Below are positions 29,350 to 39,615 of a DNA stretch of 64,000 nucleotides, in pieces. The DNA comes from Candidatus Zambryskibacteria bacterium CG10_big_fil_rev_8_21_14_0_10_42_12 (GTDB lineage: Bacteria > Patescibacteriota > Minisyncoccia > Phycocordibacterales > 1-14-0-10-42-12), in NCBI GenBank assembly GCA_002787695.1, contig PCXL01000013.1:31168-95167 (forward strand), in the 5' to 3' direction. The translations under genes were made by a program, and so were the position numbers. The notes beneath the pieces were generated by a model. The model ran no database searches. It was not told where the DNA came from and saw only the letters and a list, made by a program, of their open reading frames with translations. The number at the start of each line of letters is the position of its first letter. Within the stretch, counting starts at the first letter, position 1.

Positions 29350-32148
29350 CTATTGACAACTATCACACTGAGCACGTTCTGCCGGATCTATAGGACAAAC
29401 CTGCACAGCATTACCTTTATTTATAATTTCTTCAGGTTTTTTCTCTACGTGTTGAGGCGTCGATTGTGTTGTCTCTTGCGCAGCGACTTGCGCAACAGGT
29501 GCCTGTGGTTGCACCCCTCCAAAACCCTTGAAACCAACCGAAGCAACTGCGATAGGGTCTGCAAGTTTCTCAACTACTTTCGCTTCCATTACTTGTGTAT
29601 CTCGTGTTTCTATAACAGCACCGAATCCCTTTCCGGACACCTCAACTGTCTTATCTTCCTCGATAATAGCTACGATCGGCATCTCTTTTGTCTCTGCAGT
29701 AATAGTTGAAAATGGGCTTGGTGTTGGTTTTTTATCTTCTTCCTTTTCAGAGTCTACTGCCTGAGCAGATACGAGCCCACCAAAACCAATTCTTCCAATG
29801 TTTTCACCCTTATTTACCTTAATGGTTGACTGCTCTGCTGAATGGCGCGGTTTCATGTGGAGATAGTAGGTGGTTTTTAATCCTTTACCCCATGCCGTCG
29901 AATAAATCTTCATAGTCTCATCAATATCACGAGTTTCGAGATACATGTTGCGAGAAATTGCTTGATCAATCCACTTGTTTGCTCGTGCTGCCACTTCTAT
30001 AAATGCGTACGGCGAAGTTCCAAATGATGTTTTATATACATCTCGAATATGATGCGGGATTTCATCTATTTCAGAAATATCACCTCGATTTGCAAGAACC
30101 TGATCTCGTACAGTATCCCAAATACCAAGGTTTTTAAGATCCTTTACAAGGTTATGGTTGATATCGACATATTTTCCAGAAAACTTATTGCGAGAAAAGA
30201 TCTGAGCGAATCGTGGATCCATACCTGGCGTAGTACCTGCCACAAGTCCAATATTGGCATTTGGCGCCACTGCCATGAGTGTTGCGTTTCTCATGCCACT
30301 CTTTACTTTGGCACGGAGTACATTCCAATCGAGCCCCTTGTGCTTGCTATCTTTGGCAACAGAGACAACTACCTTTCGATCAGCTTCCAGGTGTTCAAGC
30401 GTATCAATCGGCACCATACCCTTTGACCATCCTGATCCCTCATAGTTCTTGTATGATCCGCGAACTTTTGCAAGGTTTGCACTCTCGTCAATTGCCATGT
30501 AACTGATAAATTCGAATATTCTGTCAGCAAAATCCCATGCATGTTCCGAATCATAGGCCATACCAAGCTGTTCAAGCGTATCGGTAAATCCCATCACGCC
30601 AAGACCGACAGCACGATTATTTACATCTGAGTTTGAAGCTTCTTTGATCGGTAGAGCATTGATATCGATAAGATTATCGAGATGTCTCACTGCAGTTCGC
30701 ACTGTCTCCTCAAGACGTGGCCAATTAATTTCTCTGTGCGTGATGTGTGCTGCCAAGTTGATAGACGCGAGGTTGCACACAGCAATATTATCCTTGTCTT
30801 GTGGCAAACAGATTTCCGTACAGAGGTTAGACATATGAATCGTACCGGTGTTGTTGTTGAGCGCTCGAAGATTAACCGTATCTTTCCATGTAAGCCATGG
30901 ATGAGATGTCGTCTGTAATGAAATGAGCATTTTTCGGAACAGTTCTCGTGCGGGCATTTTCTTCCACATCTTCATTTCGCCGCGCTCTGCTTTTTCACAA
31001 TATTCCTGATATCGCTTACTAAATGCACTACCGTATAACTCAATCAGGTCTGCTACTTCTTTTGGATCGAAGAGATACCATGTGTCACCTTGATGTACAC
31101 GCTTCATAAATTCATCAGATATATACGCTGCAGTGTTTGCCGTTCTCATGCGCATATAGTCGTCCCCTGCATTATGTTTCCAATCAATAAATTCTGGAAA
31201 ATCATAATGCCAGTTCTCCATATAGAAACAGAGCGCACCCATCTTTTTACCCCCTCTCACAATAGCGCGAATAGCAGTATCCATGATCTTGGCAAATGGT
31301 GTTGGTCCGCTCGATTTCGTATTTGTCGACGAAAGAACAGATCCTGTCGCACGCAATTTTGTCACTGACACACCAATACCGCCTGTTGCTTTTGAGATAA
31401 TCATCACATCAGATACAGATTTTGCTATGTGTGCCATATCATCTTCAACCTGAATCAAGAAGCAGTTGGCAAGTGCTGGGTTATTTGTACCGGCGCCCAC
31501 GTTTGTAGAGCCGCCCGCAATATATTCATGTCGAGATAATTTGTTATAAAACTTCTTTGCCATCTCTGTTGGGTTTTCTTCATTATAAGAAAGGCCCATC
31601 GCCACACGCATAAAGAAGTATTGTGGTGTTTCCCCTATCGAACCGTCTCGGTTTTTTAATGAATATCTGTCTGATAGTGTTGAGAGTCCTGCGTAGACAA
31701 AAATATTGTCTCGATCGATATCAAGTGTATCTGCAAGTACATTGAGATCAAATTTATCCCTCATACGGGGATCGAGGAGTCCTTCTTCCACCCACTGCTC
31801 AACATGAGGAGCAAATCTATCCCTATGTTTCTGTCTTAAATCAAGATTGCTATCTAGATCGTAATCACCAATTACCTTTCTATATATAGTCTTTAACAAC
31901 AATCGTGTTGCTACTTTATCGTATTCAATATCATGGCTAATATTCTGAACCGCAGCATCAATCGTGGCACGGTCCATTTCTTCAGTCGTCATCCCATCAT
32001 AGAGGGTAAGTTGTGTCTCAGACGCAATTTGCGTCACCATAGACACAGGATCTGTAAGTCCTCTACAGGCGCGCTCGATTGAGCGATTAATTCTGTCAGC
32101 GTTGAAAGGTTCGCGAGTACCATCTCGCTTGGTAATGGTGATATTCAT
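29350..32148 (-). CDS. nrdA: Ribonucleotide reductase class I alpha subunit with ATP-cone
   Basis: ITKRDG ATP-cone, LANCF, SNLCTEI, VCNLAS, KTTYYL, C-terminal CDSCQ. Confidence 0.96.
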   Translation of the reverse strand: MNITITKRDGTREPFNADRINRSIERACRGLTDPVSMVTQIASETQLTLYDGMTTEEMDRATIDAAVQNISHDIEYDKVATRLLLKTIYRKVIGDYDLDSNLDLRQKHRDRFAPHVEQWVEEGLLDPRMRDKFDLNVLADTLDIDRDNIFVYAGLSTLSDRYSLKNRDGSIGETPQYFFMRVAMGLSYNEENPTEMAKKFYNKLSRHEYIAGGSTNVGAGTNNPALANCFLIQVEDDMAHIAKSVSDVMIISKATGGIGVSVTKLRATGSVLSSTNTKSSGPTPFAKIMDTAIRAIVRGGKKMGALCFYMENWHYDFPEFIDWKHNAGDDYMRMRTANTAAYISDEFMKRVHQGDTWYLFDPKEVADLIELYGSAFSKRYQEYCEKAERGEMKMWKKMPARELFRKMLISLQTTSHPWLTWKDTVNLRALNNNTGTIHMSNLCTEICLPQDKDNIAVCNLASINLAAHITHREINWPRLEETVRTAVRHLDNLIDINALPIKEASNSDVNNRAVGLGVMGFTDTLEQLGMAYDSEHAWDFADRIFEFISYMAIDESANLAKVRGSYKNYEGSGWSKGMVPIDTLEHLEADRKVVVSVAKDSKHKGLDWNVLRAKVKSGMRNATLMAVAPNANIGLVAGTTPGMDPRFAQIFSRNKFSGKYVDINHNLVKDLKNLGIWDTVRDQVLANRGDISEIDEIPHHIRDVYKTSFGTSPYAFIEVAARANKWIDQAISRNMYLETRDIDETMKIYSTAWGKGLKTTYYLHMKPRHSAEQSTIKVNKGENIGRIGFGGLVSAQAVDSEKEEDKKPTPSPFSTITAETKEMPIVAIIEEDKTVEVSGKGFGAVIETRDTQVMEAKVVEKLADPIAVASVGFKGFGGVQPQAPVAQVAAQETTQSTPQHVEKKPEEIINKGNAVQVCPIDPAERAQCDSCQ

Positions 32149-32319
32149 AGGCGAAGCACCGGATTATGTTTATTTTTCTTTTTCAAGAAAAATAAATACT
32201 ATTAAAGGACTTATATTTTAGCTCTGAATGGAACATCGTTTCTTGTGGATTACACAGCAGGAAACGTGAGGCGGAAAATGCAAACACGACACATAGAATA
32301 AACCCTTATTGAGCGATTT

Positions 32320-32793
32320 TTACTGTGAACTTTTTATGAAGTTTACGGTATCCCCAATATTCATAAATGAGGAAACACCCTCAGCGACTTCTAATACGTA
32401 CATAACAGGTTCCGGAGAGACAAAACTTTGCGGATATGTCTCTGGTGATACATGTCTGTGAATTCCAACAATCTTTCGATTCTTATCAATCCACACAATA
32501 TCTATGGAAAAGCGCATGTCCTTCATCCAAAAAGATCTTGGAGCCGACTCTTCGAATATAAAAAGCATCCCTGTACGTTCAGACAACGACTCTTTGCCGG
32601 ATAACCCTTTAATTCTCTCTGCGTCAGTATCAGCAACGTCAACTTGAAATGTAGTATTGCGAATTTCTACAGCTGAAATATCACTCACGTCTATTTCTTT
32701 TTCACACGAAGGGCAAGGTCTTGCTATAAACAAAGCAAGTATCACGACGATACCTGCTCCAATCAACAACAGTATTTTAGCTATGCGTATCAT
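32320..32793 (-). CDS. DUF192 family protein
   Basis: VADT..ER.KGLS, GMLFIF, FWMKDMRFSIDIVWI, YVLEV. Confidence 0.88.
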   Translation of the reverse strand: MIRIAKILLLIGAGIVVILALFIARPCPSCEKEIDVSDISAVEIRNTTFQVDVADTDAERIKGLSGKESLSERTGMLFIFEESAPRSFWMKDMRFSIDIVWIDKNRKIVGIHRHVSPETYPQSFVSPEPVMYVLEVAEGVSSFMNIGDTVNFIKSSQ

Positions 32794-32948
32794 TAGCGCT
32801 TTTTAGGCACATGCTTCAAAAGCATGATGACACCGATCACAATCAAAATAATCGGCCAAAGAGTGTTTGATGTCAGTTCAGGAAACCACCCCACTTCTCC
32901 ACCGAGCCAATAAACTCCAAAAAATATAAGTACAAGAGATATGAGCAT
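32793..32948 (-). CDS. 51-aa two-TM protein, LiaI/LiaF-TM (DUF5668)-like, not in the ORF track
   Basis: MLISLVLIFFGVYWLGGEVGWFPELTSNTLWPIILIVIGVIMLLKHVPKKR; its stop overlaps the DUF192 start (TAATG). Confidence 0.75.
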   Translation of the reverse strand: MLISLVLIFFGVYWLGGEVGWFPELTSNTLWPIILIVIGVIMLLKHVPKKR

Positions 32949-33123
32949 AATAATTATTTAGAAATACTAATGATGTATTTTTAGTATAGCGGATTGAGAA
33001 AAAAGTGATGTGGACAAGAAAACACAAGTGGTTAGGTGTCAGAGTGTTAGGTACTAGTACAATGCCGCGCCTATGGCGCGGCATTGAAAATACGTACAGC
33101 TTCAAGCGAGAAGCTAAAAGTAT

Positions 33124-33501
33124 CTAGTGACCTTCTGCCTCCTCTGCTTCCGCTTTAGTAGCATGAATCGTTCCTTCCGGATGCTCTGCGGGAGAATAGA
33201 TACTGTAAAGCTTCATGTCTTCTCCTCCTGTATTTACAACATTGTGCTCTGTTCCTGCAGGAATCACAATTGCGAAATCGTCTTCAACCTCATATTCTTG
33301 GCCACCCAAAATAGCCTTCCCTTTCCCTTGTTCAATACGAAGAAATTGATCCCCCTCGTGCACTTCCATGCCAATATCCTCTCCCGGCTTTAGACTCATT
33401 ACAGTCAATTGACTCTGTCGTTTTGGCCCAGTGTGAAGCACCTTACGAAAATTAGTGTTTTCCTTTGTTGCGTCTTCAATATTTGTTACTAAAGGTTCCA
33501 T
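33124..33501 (-). CDS. Cupin domain protein
   Basis: GEDIGMEVH..DQFLRIEQG, IPAGTEHNVVN. Confidence 0.88.
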   Translation of the reverse strand: MEPLVTNIEDATKENTNFRKVLHTGPKRQSQLTVMSLKPGEDIGMEVHEGDQFLRIEQGKGKAILGGQEYEVEDDFAIVIPAGTEHNVVNTGGEDMKLYSIYSPAEHPEGTIHATKAEAEEAEGH

Positions 33502-33566
33502 GATTCAAAAAAATAGTTAGCTACCAATATGTTCATTATAACATAGAGCGTTTTGAATCATCTTTT

Positions 33567-33694
33567 GCGGAGAGGGAGGGACTACGAACCACTGGGAAAC
33601 CCTCGGTTTTCCCAAACCTTCCTCCACGGGAAACTCCCGTTTCCAGACCCCTTCCCGTTCGAATCCCAAAGGGTTCCGCTTTCGTAAACTCAAG
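33567..33694 (-). repeat. tRNA-3'-anchored structured mini-element ending in a degenerate copy of the tRNA-Ser 3' end
   Basis: GCGGAGAGGG direct repeat at 33567 and 33694; inverted T-arm-like ends; two internal hairpins. Confidence 0.65.
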
Positions 33695-33781
33695 CGGAGA
33701 GGGGGAGATTCGAACTCCCGGTACGGTTGCCCGTACGCCACGTTTCCAGCGTGGTACATTCGACCACTCTGTCACCTCTCC
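33695..33781 (-). tRNA. tRNA-Ser(GGA), CCA not encoded
   Basis: GGAGAGG acceptor, CCACG-CTGGAAA-CGTGG anticodon arm, long variable arm, GGGAG-TTCGAAT-CTCCC T-arm, discriminator G. Confidence 0.95.
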
Positions 33782-33865
33782 CTAAATCCGCCCAAGGACA
33801 GATCGGGCGAACAATTTGTTATAACAAATTGTTTTAGCCAAGAACAACCAAATTCTATGTATTTT

Positions 33866-34684
33866 TTAACTAAACAACCCAGCAACTACTTGGAGTAACG
33901 CCTTTACTTGAGCAATCAACCTATTGATTACACTCTGATCTGTTTCTCCTGTTGCCACCTGTTCTGTCGTTGTCTCAAAGGTAAACGAAATATTTTTGAG
34001 GGCTCCTACTTCCCCGTCACGCATTGCCACAAACGTAAAGAGGAGTCCCTCCTGAGTAGAATGGTTTTCTACAGACAATTCCAGCTTTCCGCTATCAGAA
34101 TTTGTATCAAGCTCAATTGTTTGATTGCAATTGTATCGATCACCTCGTGGAGTTATCAAAACCAAATCATTAGAGTCACAACCAACGGTGAGAGAAATAT
34201 TAGCTTTTTCGAGCGTCTTCCATTCAGTTGTTACCCGCGCCTTGGTTGGATCATTTTGACGAACAGAAATTTGAGAAAACAATGGTGTAGGTGATGTTTG
34301 TTTCATATCCAGCACTTGTTCAGCGACTGTTTCTGTCTCACCATCCATCTCTCTCACCAGTGTATATGTCACTTTTGTATCTGATTCTACATCGTATGGC
34401 ATTATTTTTAGACGGCCACCTTCTCCTGGATTTGGAATTGCGTATGATTCACCACATGATACAACTGCTCCTGTTTCTTCTAGGAAAAATTTTGCATCTG
34501 CATTACATGAAATATTAAGATTGAGTTGTGATCCTTCTGGAATAGAATACCCAAAAACAACAGCTCCTTCCGTCGTTGTCTCTGTTTTAACAGCAGAACC
34601 AATGTTGAGATTGCCTTGCGCGCTCGATACAGCTGGCGCAAGCAGAAGCGAGAATCCAAGTGTGATATACAAAAGATACTTCAT
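33866..34684 (-). CDS. Secreted hypothetical protein with two beta-rich Cys-pair repeats
   Basis: Signal peptide ending VSSA; LNISC...VSCG and ISLTVGC...YNCN. Confidence 0.7.
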   Translation of the reverse strand: MKYLLYITLGFSLLLAPAVSSAQGNLNIGSAVKTETTTEGAVVFGYSIPEGSQLNLNISCNADAKFFLEETGAVVSCGESYAIPNPGEGGRLKIMPYDVESDTKVTYTLVREMDGETETVAEQVLDMKQTSPTPLFSQISVRQNDPTKARVTTEWKTLEKANISLTVGCDSNDLVLITPRGDRYNCNQTIELDTNSDSGKLELSVENHSTQEGLLFTFVAMRDGEVGALKNISFTFETTTEQVATGETDQSVINRLIAQVKALLQVVAGLFS

Positions 34685-34747
34685 AACAATTTAAATTAAC
34701 CTAGTCTGCTTATTCTAACATGAGATAATAAGCATGACACTCAGGTA

Positions 34748-34768
34748 TACCAAGGTTCAACCTTTGTA
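34748..34768. repeat. REP-like palindrome, copy 1
   Basis: TACCAAGGTTCAACCTTTGTA, 20/21 match to the inverted copy at 54459-54479. Confidence 0.6.
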
Positions 34769-34772
34769 ATAA

Positions 34773-35672
34773 TTAAATCGACATACCGCGTAAGGCTACA
34801 ATTCTTTCCTGTGTCGGTGGATGCGTCATAAACATTTTCTCGAAAAATCCTGCTTCACGTGTTTTATCTCCACCAAACGGATTTGAAATATACATATGTG
34901 CCGTTGCATGACTCGCCCGCTTCATAGGGCGACTGTAGGCCTCTATTTTCTGTAAAGCCCCTGCGAGTCCTTCTGGATAACGTGTAAGAAGTGCACCTGT
35001 CGCATCTGCTAAAAATTCACGTTTTCGAGAGATCGCAAGTTGAATAAGTGTTGCGATAATGGGCGACAGGATCATAAGGGCAATACCCACAATCACAAGC
35101 CACCCACCCGCTTTATTGTCTCTGTCTCCACCACCAAACCAAAGCGATCGCGTAAACATATCAGAGAGAATCGCAATAAATCCAACAAGCACCACAACAA
35201 TTGTCTGGAGCAAAATGTCTCTGTTGCCGATATGAGCGAGTTCGTGCGCCACCACTCCTTCAAGCTCATTGCGCTCTAAAATTTCTATAAGTCCAGTCGT
35301 GACTGCAACCACTGCATGTTCTTTGTTTCTACCAGTGGCAAATGCGTTCGGCACCGAGTCTTTGATGACGTAGAGTTTCGGCATCGGAAGTCCTGCAGTT
35401 ATCGCGAGATTTTCGGTAACCGTATAAAGATCAAAATATTCTTCGCGCGTAGCAGGCTTGGCCCCCGACATTTTTAAAACAATCTTGTCCGAAAACCAAT
35501 ACGAGAAAAAATTCATAAAAAGTGAGAACGCTACAGCAATATAGAGAATAGTTGAATCACCATAAAACTGGGCCAAAAACCAGCCAATGGCGATAATAAT
35601 CACCAAAAAAACCGCCATGAGCATCCAGGTTTTCCAAACATTTTTAGACTGCTGCGTGTAGAGTGTAGCCAC
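34773..35672 (-). CDS. htpX: M48 zinc metalloprotease HtpX
   Basis: PNAFATG, HELAH, SRKREFLAD, THPP. Confidence 0.93.
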   Translation of the reverse strand: MATLYTQQSKNVWKTWMLMAVFLVIIIAIGWFLAQFYGDSTILYIAVAFSLFMNFFSYWFSDKIVLKMSGAKPATREEYFDLYTVTENLAITAGLPMPKLYVIKDSVPNAFATGRNKEHAVVAVTTGLIEILERNELEGVVAHELAHIGNRDILLQTIVVVLVGFIAILSDMFTRSLWFGGGDRDNKAGGWLVIVGIALMILSPIIATLIQLAISRKREFLADATGALLTRYPEGLAGALQKIEAYSRPMKRASHATAHMYISNPFGGDKTREAGFFEKMFMTHPPTQERIVALRGMSI

Positions 35673-35731
35673 AAAATAAGCTTATAACTTTTATCTTACA
35701 GCTTCAAGCTTTCTTCAATCAATTAGTATTT

Positions 35732-37282
35732 TCACCAACTTCCTCCCCCGCCTCCACCAGCTCCGCCACCTGAACTACCGCCACCTCCAGAAGCACTCGT
35801 GCCAGACGATGTTGCGAGTGAGCTTGAAAACGCACTCATGTCGCTACTAAATGCTGTCGCAGAAAACGCACCTGCTGTGCCACCTTCATACCACGTTGGG
35901 TCAGGAATAATCATATCGTCGAATACCTTTGCCCATTCTTTCTCCACACCAAAGGCAATAGCGTACGGCAAATATTCCAAAAATTGTTCAGAATTTTTCT
36001 GTGGTGCATTGTGAAATTTAAACCGATCTTTTCCTGTAACCGAGAGAAATTCCTTAAACCCTTTCAAGTGATTCATTGCTTCGTATCCTTTTCGTGTCCT
36101 GCGCGTAAGTAATCCAGCATCTTCAAAATATCCTTCCTTTTTCATGTCATCCTTCAATTCTTTTGTAAGATCTCTAAGAATTGTAGAATTGAGACGCCTC
36201 TGTGACATATTTTTCTTCAACTCTGAAAGAGTCACTGTATTCCCTTTATTTGTTCGCTCACCAAAAAGTAGCTTAAATGACTTAAGTAAAAATTGGTCGA
36301 CTATCTCGTCACGAGATTTGAGTGTCTCGATTTCATAATCGTCTATTGGAAAGAATAAGAATTTCTTTTCTGTTTTTGTAATTTTCAAAATTCCTTGTTC
36401 TGCTAAATACACAATCGCCGCGGTAATATCATGAGTATGGAGTGTGTTGTCTACCAACATTCCTGCGTATAGTGGATTTATACGATTATATGGTTCATAT
36501 TCTGGAATAATGGGACCGTGTATTTTATGCTTGGTTAACACTCGATATGTCCATACCGGCAATGCAACAAACATGATTATGAAAAGAAGCGGTATGAGCC
36601 AAAGAAAATTGAATGCTTCCAATATGACAACCGGCATATTGGGGCTAAGTGACTGCGCAACCGTCAACCCTTCTCTGCTACCCATGTTTTGCCCGATGAA
36701 TATTGCAATATTTTCAAAAGATGCCGAGTCACATCGTGCATTACTTCTCTCAACACCGATATAACACACCTGATCCACACCCAACACGCCTTGTGGCGCA
36801 TTTATTTCTATACGTGCATTTTCTATTGAAACAGGCCATTCGTTACCAGTGGCATTCCAATAGAGTTCGACTATATCGTTTGTCTTAAATAGCGCACCTT
36901 CTACCTCATAAACAATCGTGTATGTATGCGGACCGGTTATTGTTTTGTCCGGGTCTCCTATTTTTATCTCAATATTTTTTCCTGGTGTGGAGATGTTATA
37001 AGGAACTTGTTCTCCATCCATGAGCACTGACTCCACCTCAATATCTATATACCGATCCTTGTACCAAGCACTTGCATCCTGCGGATGATTTGTGGGAATA
37101 GTACGGAAAATACCGTGCCTTTGTGCACTTTCAAAATCATAGAGAATTTCTTCTGTTACCGTAAAAGAACCGTCATCACGAAGATCAATGTATACATCAA
37201 AATTTCCTATCACTTCTGCTGAAACAGAAAAAGGAAGTAGTCCAAGCCATCCAAAAACAATAATCTTGAAAAGAATATTCAT
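35732..37282 (-). CDS. DUF2207 family membrane protein
   Basis: VTEEILYDF...HGIFR, ELYWNATG, YLPYAIAFGV, C-terminal GGGAGGGGGGSW. Confidence 0.88.
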   Translation of the reverse strand: MNILFKIIVFGWLGLLPFSVSAEVIGNFDVYIDLRDDGSFTVTEEILYDFESAQRHGIFRTIPTNHPQDASAWYKDRYIDIEVESVLMDGEQVPYNISTPGKNIEIKIGDPDKTITGPHTYTIVYEVEGALFKTNDIVELYWNATGNEWPVSIENARIEINAPQGVLGVDQVCYIGVERSNARCDSASFENIAIFIGQNMGSREGLTVAQSLSPNMPVVILEAFNFLWLIPLLFIIMFVALPVWTYRVLTKHKIHGPIIPEYEPYNRINPLYAGMLVDNTLHTHDITAAIVYLAEQGILKITKTEKKFLFFPIDDYEIETLKSRDEIVDQFLLKSFKLLFGERTNKGNTVTLSELKKNMSQRRLNSTILRDLTKELKDDMKKEGYFEDAGLLTRRTRKGYEAMNHLKGFKEFLSVTGKDRFKFHNAPQKNSEQFLEYLPYAIAFGVEKEWAKVFDDMIIPDPTWYEGGTAGAFSATAFSSDMSAFSSSLATSSGTSASGGGGSSGGGAGGGGGGSW

Positions 37283-37319
37283 CAAAAATTAGACATCTTC
37301 AGATGCGCAATAACAATGC

Positions 37320-37889
37320 TTAGAAACTAACCTTTACCGGATCTTTTGCAGCCTGTTCGTCTTCGCCAAGCTCAAAGAATTCGTGTTTGTAGAATTTAAA
37401 CATGTTAGCAATCATGTTTGACGGGAATGACTCAATCATAGTGTTGATATCACGCACGTTACCATTGTAGAAGCGACGAGCTGCCTGGATTTTGTTTTCA
37501 GTATCTGACAATTCCTGTTGCAATTTTGCAAAGTTTTCGTTTGCTTTGAGGTCCGGATACGCCTCGGCAACTGCAAAGAGAGACTTGAGTGTACCTGAGA
37601 GCATATTTTCTGCCTTTGCCATTTCTGCTGGATTGCCGGATTGCTCCGCACCCATAGCAGCAGCACGTGCACGTGTTACGTTCTCAAATGCTTCCCTCTC
37701 ATGTGTTGCATACCCCTTTACAGTTTCAACAAGATTTGGGATGAGGTCATATCGACGCTTCAATTGCACGTCAATATCTGCCCACGCTTCTTCTGTACGG
37801 TTTCGAAGCGCTACGAAGCGATTATAGGTGTAAATGATGTACACAACCAAAACCGCAAGAACAATGAGGATTATAAGAATTGGATTCAT
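37320..37889 (-). CDS. lemA: LemA family protein
   Basis: DVQLKRRYDLIPNLVETVKGYA.HE, AEAYPDLKAN, ARRFYN. Confidence 0.95.
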   Translation of the reverse strand: MNPILIILIVLAVLVVYIIYTYNRFVALRNRTEEAWADIDVQLKRRYDLIPNLVETVKGYATHEREAFENVTRARAAAMGAEQSGNPAEMAKAENMLSGTLKSLFAVAEAYPDLKANENFAKLQQELSDTENKIQAARRFYNGNVRDINTMIESFPSNMIANMFKFYKHEFFELGEDEQAAKDPVKVSF

Positions 37890-37968
37890 GAATGCGTAAT
37901 TACCTGAAATTATTAATCTTTTTTATTATACCACGCAAAAACCGCACTCTGAAGTGCGGTTTTCTTTT

Positions 37969-39609
37969 TTAATATCCCATTCCTCCCATATCTGGTGCAC
38001 CATTTTCTTTCTTTTCCTCTGGAATATCGGTGATTGCTACTTCTGTGGTGAGGAAAATGCCTGCAGCACTGGCTGCGTTTTGGAGCGCCGTACGTGTTAC
38101 TTTCACCGGATCAATAATGCCGGCTAGAAGCATGTCGTCTACTATTTTGTCGTTTAGTGCATCGTATCCTGCATTTTCTTTCTTAGATTCGAGCACCTTT
38201 TCTACAATGATAGAACCGTCTCCTTTGCCACTGTTTGCAGCAATTTGCTTGAGTGGAGAGACGAGTGCATCAATCACGATAGAGTAGCCAAGCCTCAGAT
38301 CCGCATCATCTAGTTTATCCATTGCTCCGTAAACTTTCTGTGCCGTTTTCACAAGAGCACTTCCGCCTCCGGCGACTACACCTTCGGCGATCGCTGCTTT
38401 GGTAGCATTGACTGCGTCCTCAATCTTGAGTTTCAAATATTTCATCTCGGTTTCTGTCGGTGCTCCTACACGAATGACCGCAACGCCACCAGAGAGCTTT
38501 GCTATACGTTCATCGAGTTTTTCTTTGTCATATTTTGAAGTTGTTTTTGTGCGCTGTGCCTTGATCGCTTCCACCCGTGCTTCAATATCTGCTTTCTTAC
38601 CTTTTCCTCCGACAATAAGTGTTGAATCTTTTGTAGATACGATACGACTTGCTTTACCAAGAATTGACAGATCGGCTGTTTCAAAGGTTAGTCCCGTGCT
38701 TTCAGTAAGCACCGTACCACCAACAGTAGTCGCAATATCTTCAAGCATTTCTTTCTTTCGGTCTCCATAACCGGGCGCTTTGATACCGAGCACAGAGAAT
38801 CCGCCACGAAGTTTGTTTACCACAAACGTCGTCAGTGCTTCCCCTTCTATATCATCTGCAATAATAACAAGCTCTTTAACGCCTGATTGTGTTACTTTCT
38901 CCAAGAAAGGCAAAATTTCTTTTACATTTGAAACTTTTTTGTCTGTAATGAGAATTGCAGGATCTTTGAATTCAGCCTCCATGCGCTCTGCGTTCGTTAT
39001 CATGTATGCAGATACATACCCTTTATCAAACTCAAGCCCTTTTACAACTTCTGGTTCTTCAATAGAGAGTGATTGTGCTTCTTCTACTGTTACAACACCG
39101 TCTTTGCCAACTTTTTCGATCGTATTGGCAATGATGCGCCCAATCTCTTCGCTTTCTGCAGAAATAGTTGCGACTTGTTTTATTTCATCTTTATCCTTAA
39201 TAGGTTTTGCTGCTTTTTTGAGAGCTTCTACTGCAACGGTAGCTGCTTTTTCAATACCGCGACGAAGCGTCATAGCATTAACCCCAAGTGCCGTATGGCG
39301 CATGCCTTCTGAAATAAGTGCGTGTGTCAAAACTGTTGCAGTCGTAGTACCGTCTCCTGCTATGTCATTTGTTTTTTGGGCAACCTCTTTAATAATCTCC
39401 GCACCCATATTCTCAAATTTGTCTTTGAGACTTATTTCTTTAGCAATAGATACGCCGTCGTTTGTGATCATGGGACCACCGTATCCACGATCAAGGGCCA
39501 CATTTCTACCACGAGGACCGATGGTTACACGCACTGCGTTTGCGACAACATCAATGCCGTTCTTTAGCTTTGCGCGAGCGTCTTCATGAAAAATTACTTG
39601 TTTTGCCAT
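37969..39609 (-). CDS. groEL: Chaperonin GroEL
   Basis: GPRGRNV, AGDGTTTAT, ERIAKLSGGVAVI. Confidence 0.98.
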   Translation of the reverse strand: MAKQVIFHEDARAKLKNGIDVVANAVRVTIGPRGRNVALDRGYGGPMITNDGVSIAKEISLKDKFENMGAEIIKEVAQKTNDIAGDGTTTATVLTHALISEGMRHTALGVNAMTLRRGIEKAATVAVEALKKAAKPIKDKDEIKQVATISAESEEIGRIIANTIEKVGKDGVVTVEEAQSLSIEEPEVVKGLEFDKGYVSAYMITNAERMEAEFKDPAILITDKKVSNVKEILPFLEKVTQSGVKELVIIADDIEGEALTTFVVNKLRGGFSVLGIKAPGYGDRKKEMLEDIATTVGGTVLTESTGLTFETADLSILGKASRIVSTKDSTLIVGGKGKKADIEARVEAIKAQRTKTTSKYDKEKLDERIAKLSGGVAVIRVGAPTETEMKYLKLKIEDAVNATKAAIAEGVVAGGGSALVKTAQKVYGAMDKLDDADLRLGYSIVIDALVSPLKQIAANSGKGDGSIIVEKVLESKKENAGYDALNDKIVDDMLLAGIIDPVKVTRTALQNAASAAGIFLTTEVAITDIPEEKKENGAPDMGGMGY

Positions 39610-39615
39610 TTAAAT

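Noticed and set aside
32955-33040. Possible NrdR boxes upstream of the nrd region
   Set aside because: Poor match to the 16-bp consensus and not in tandem
33517-33775. 79-80 aa ORFs
   Set aside because: They overlap tRNA-Ser and its adjacent structured element
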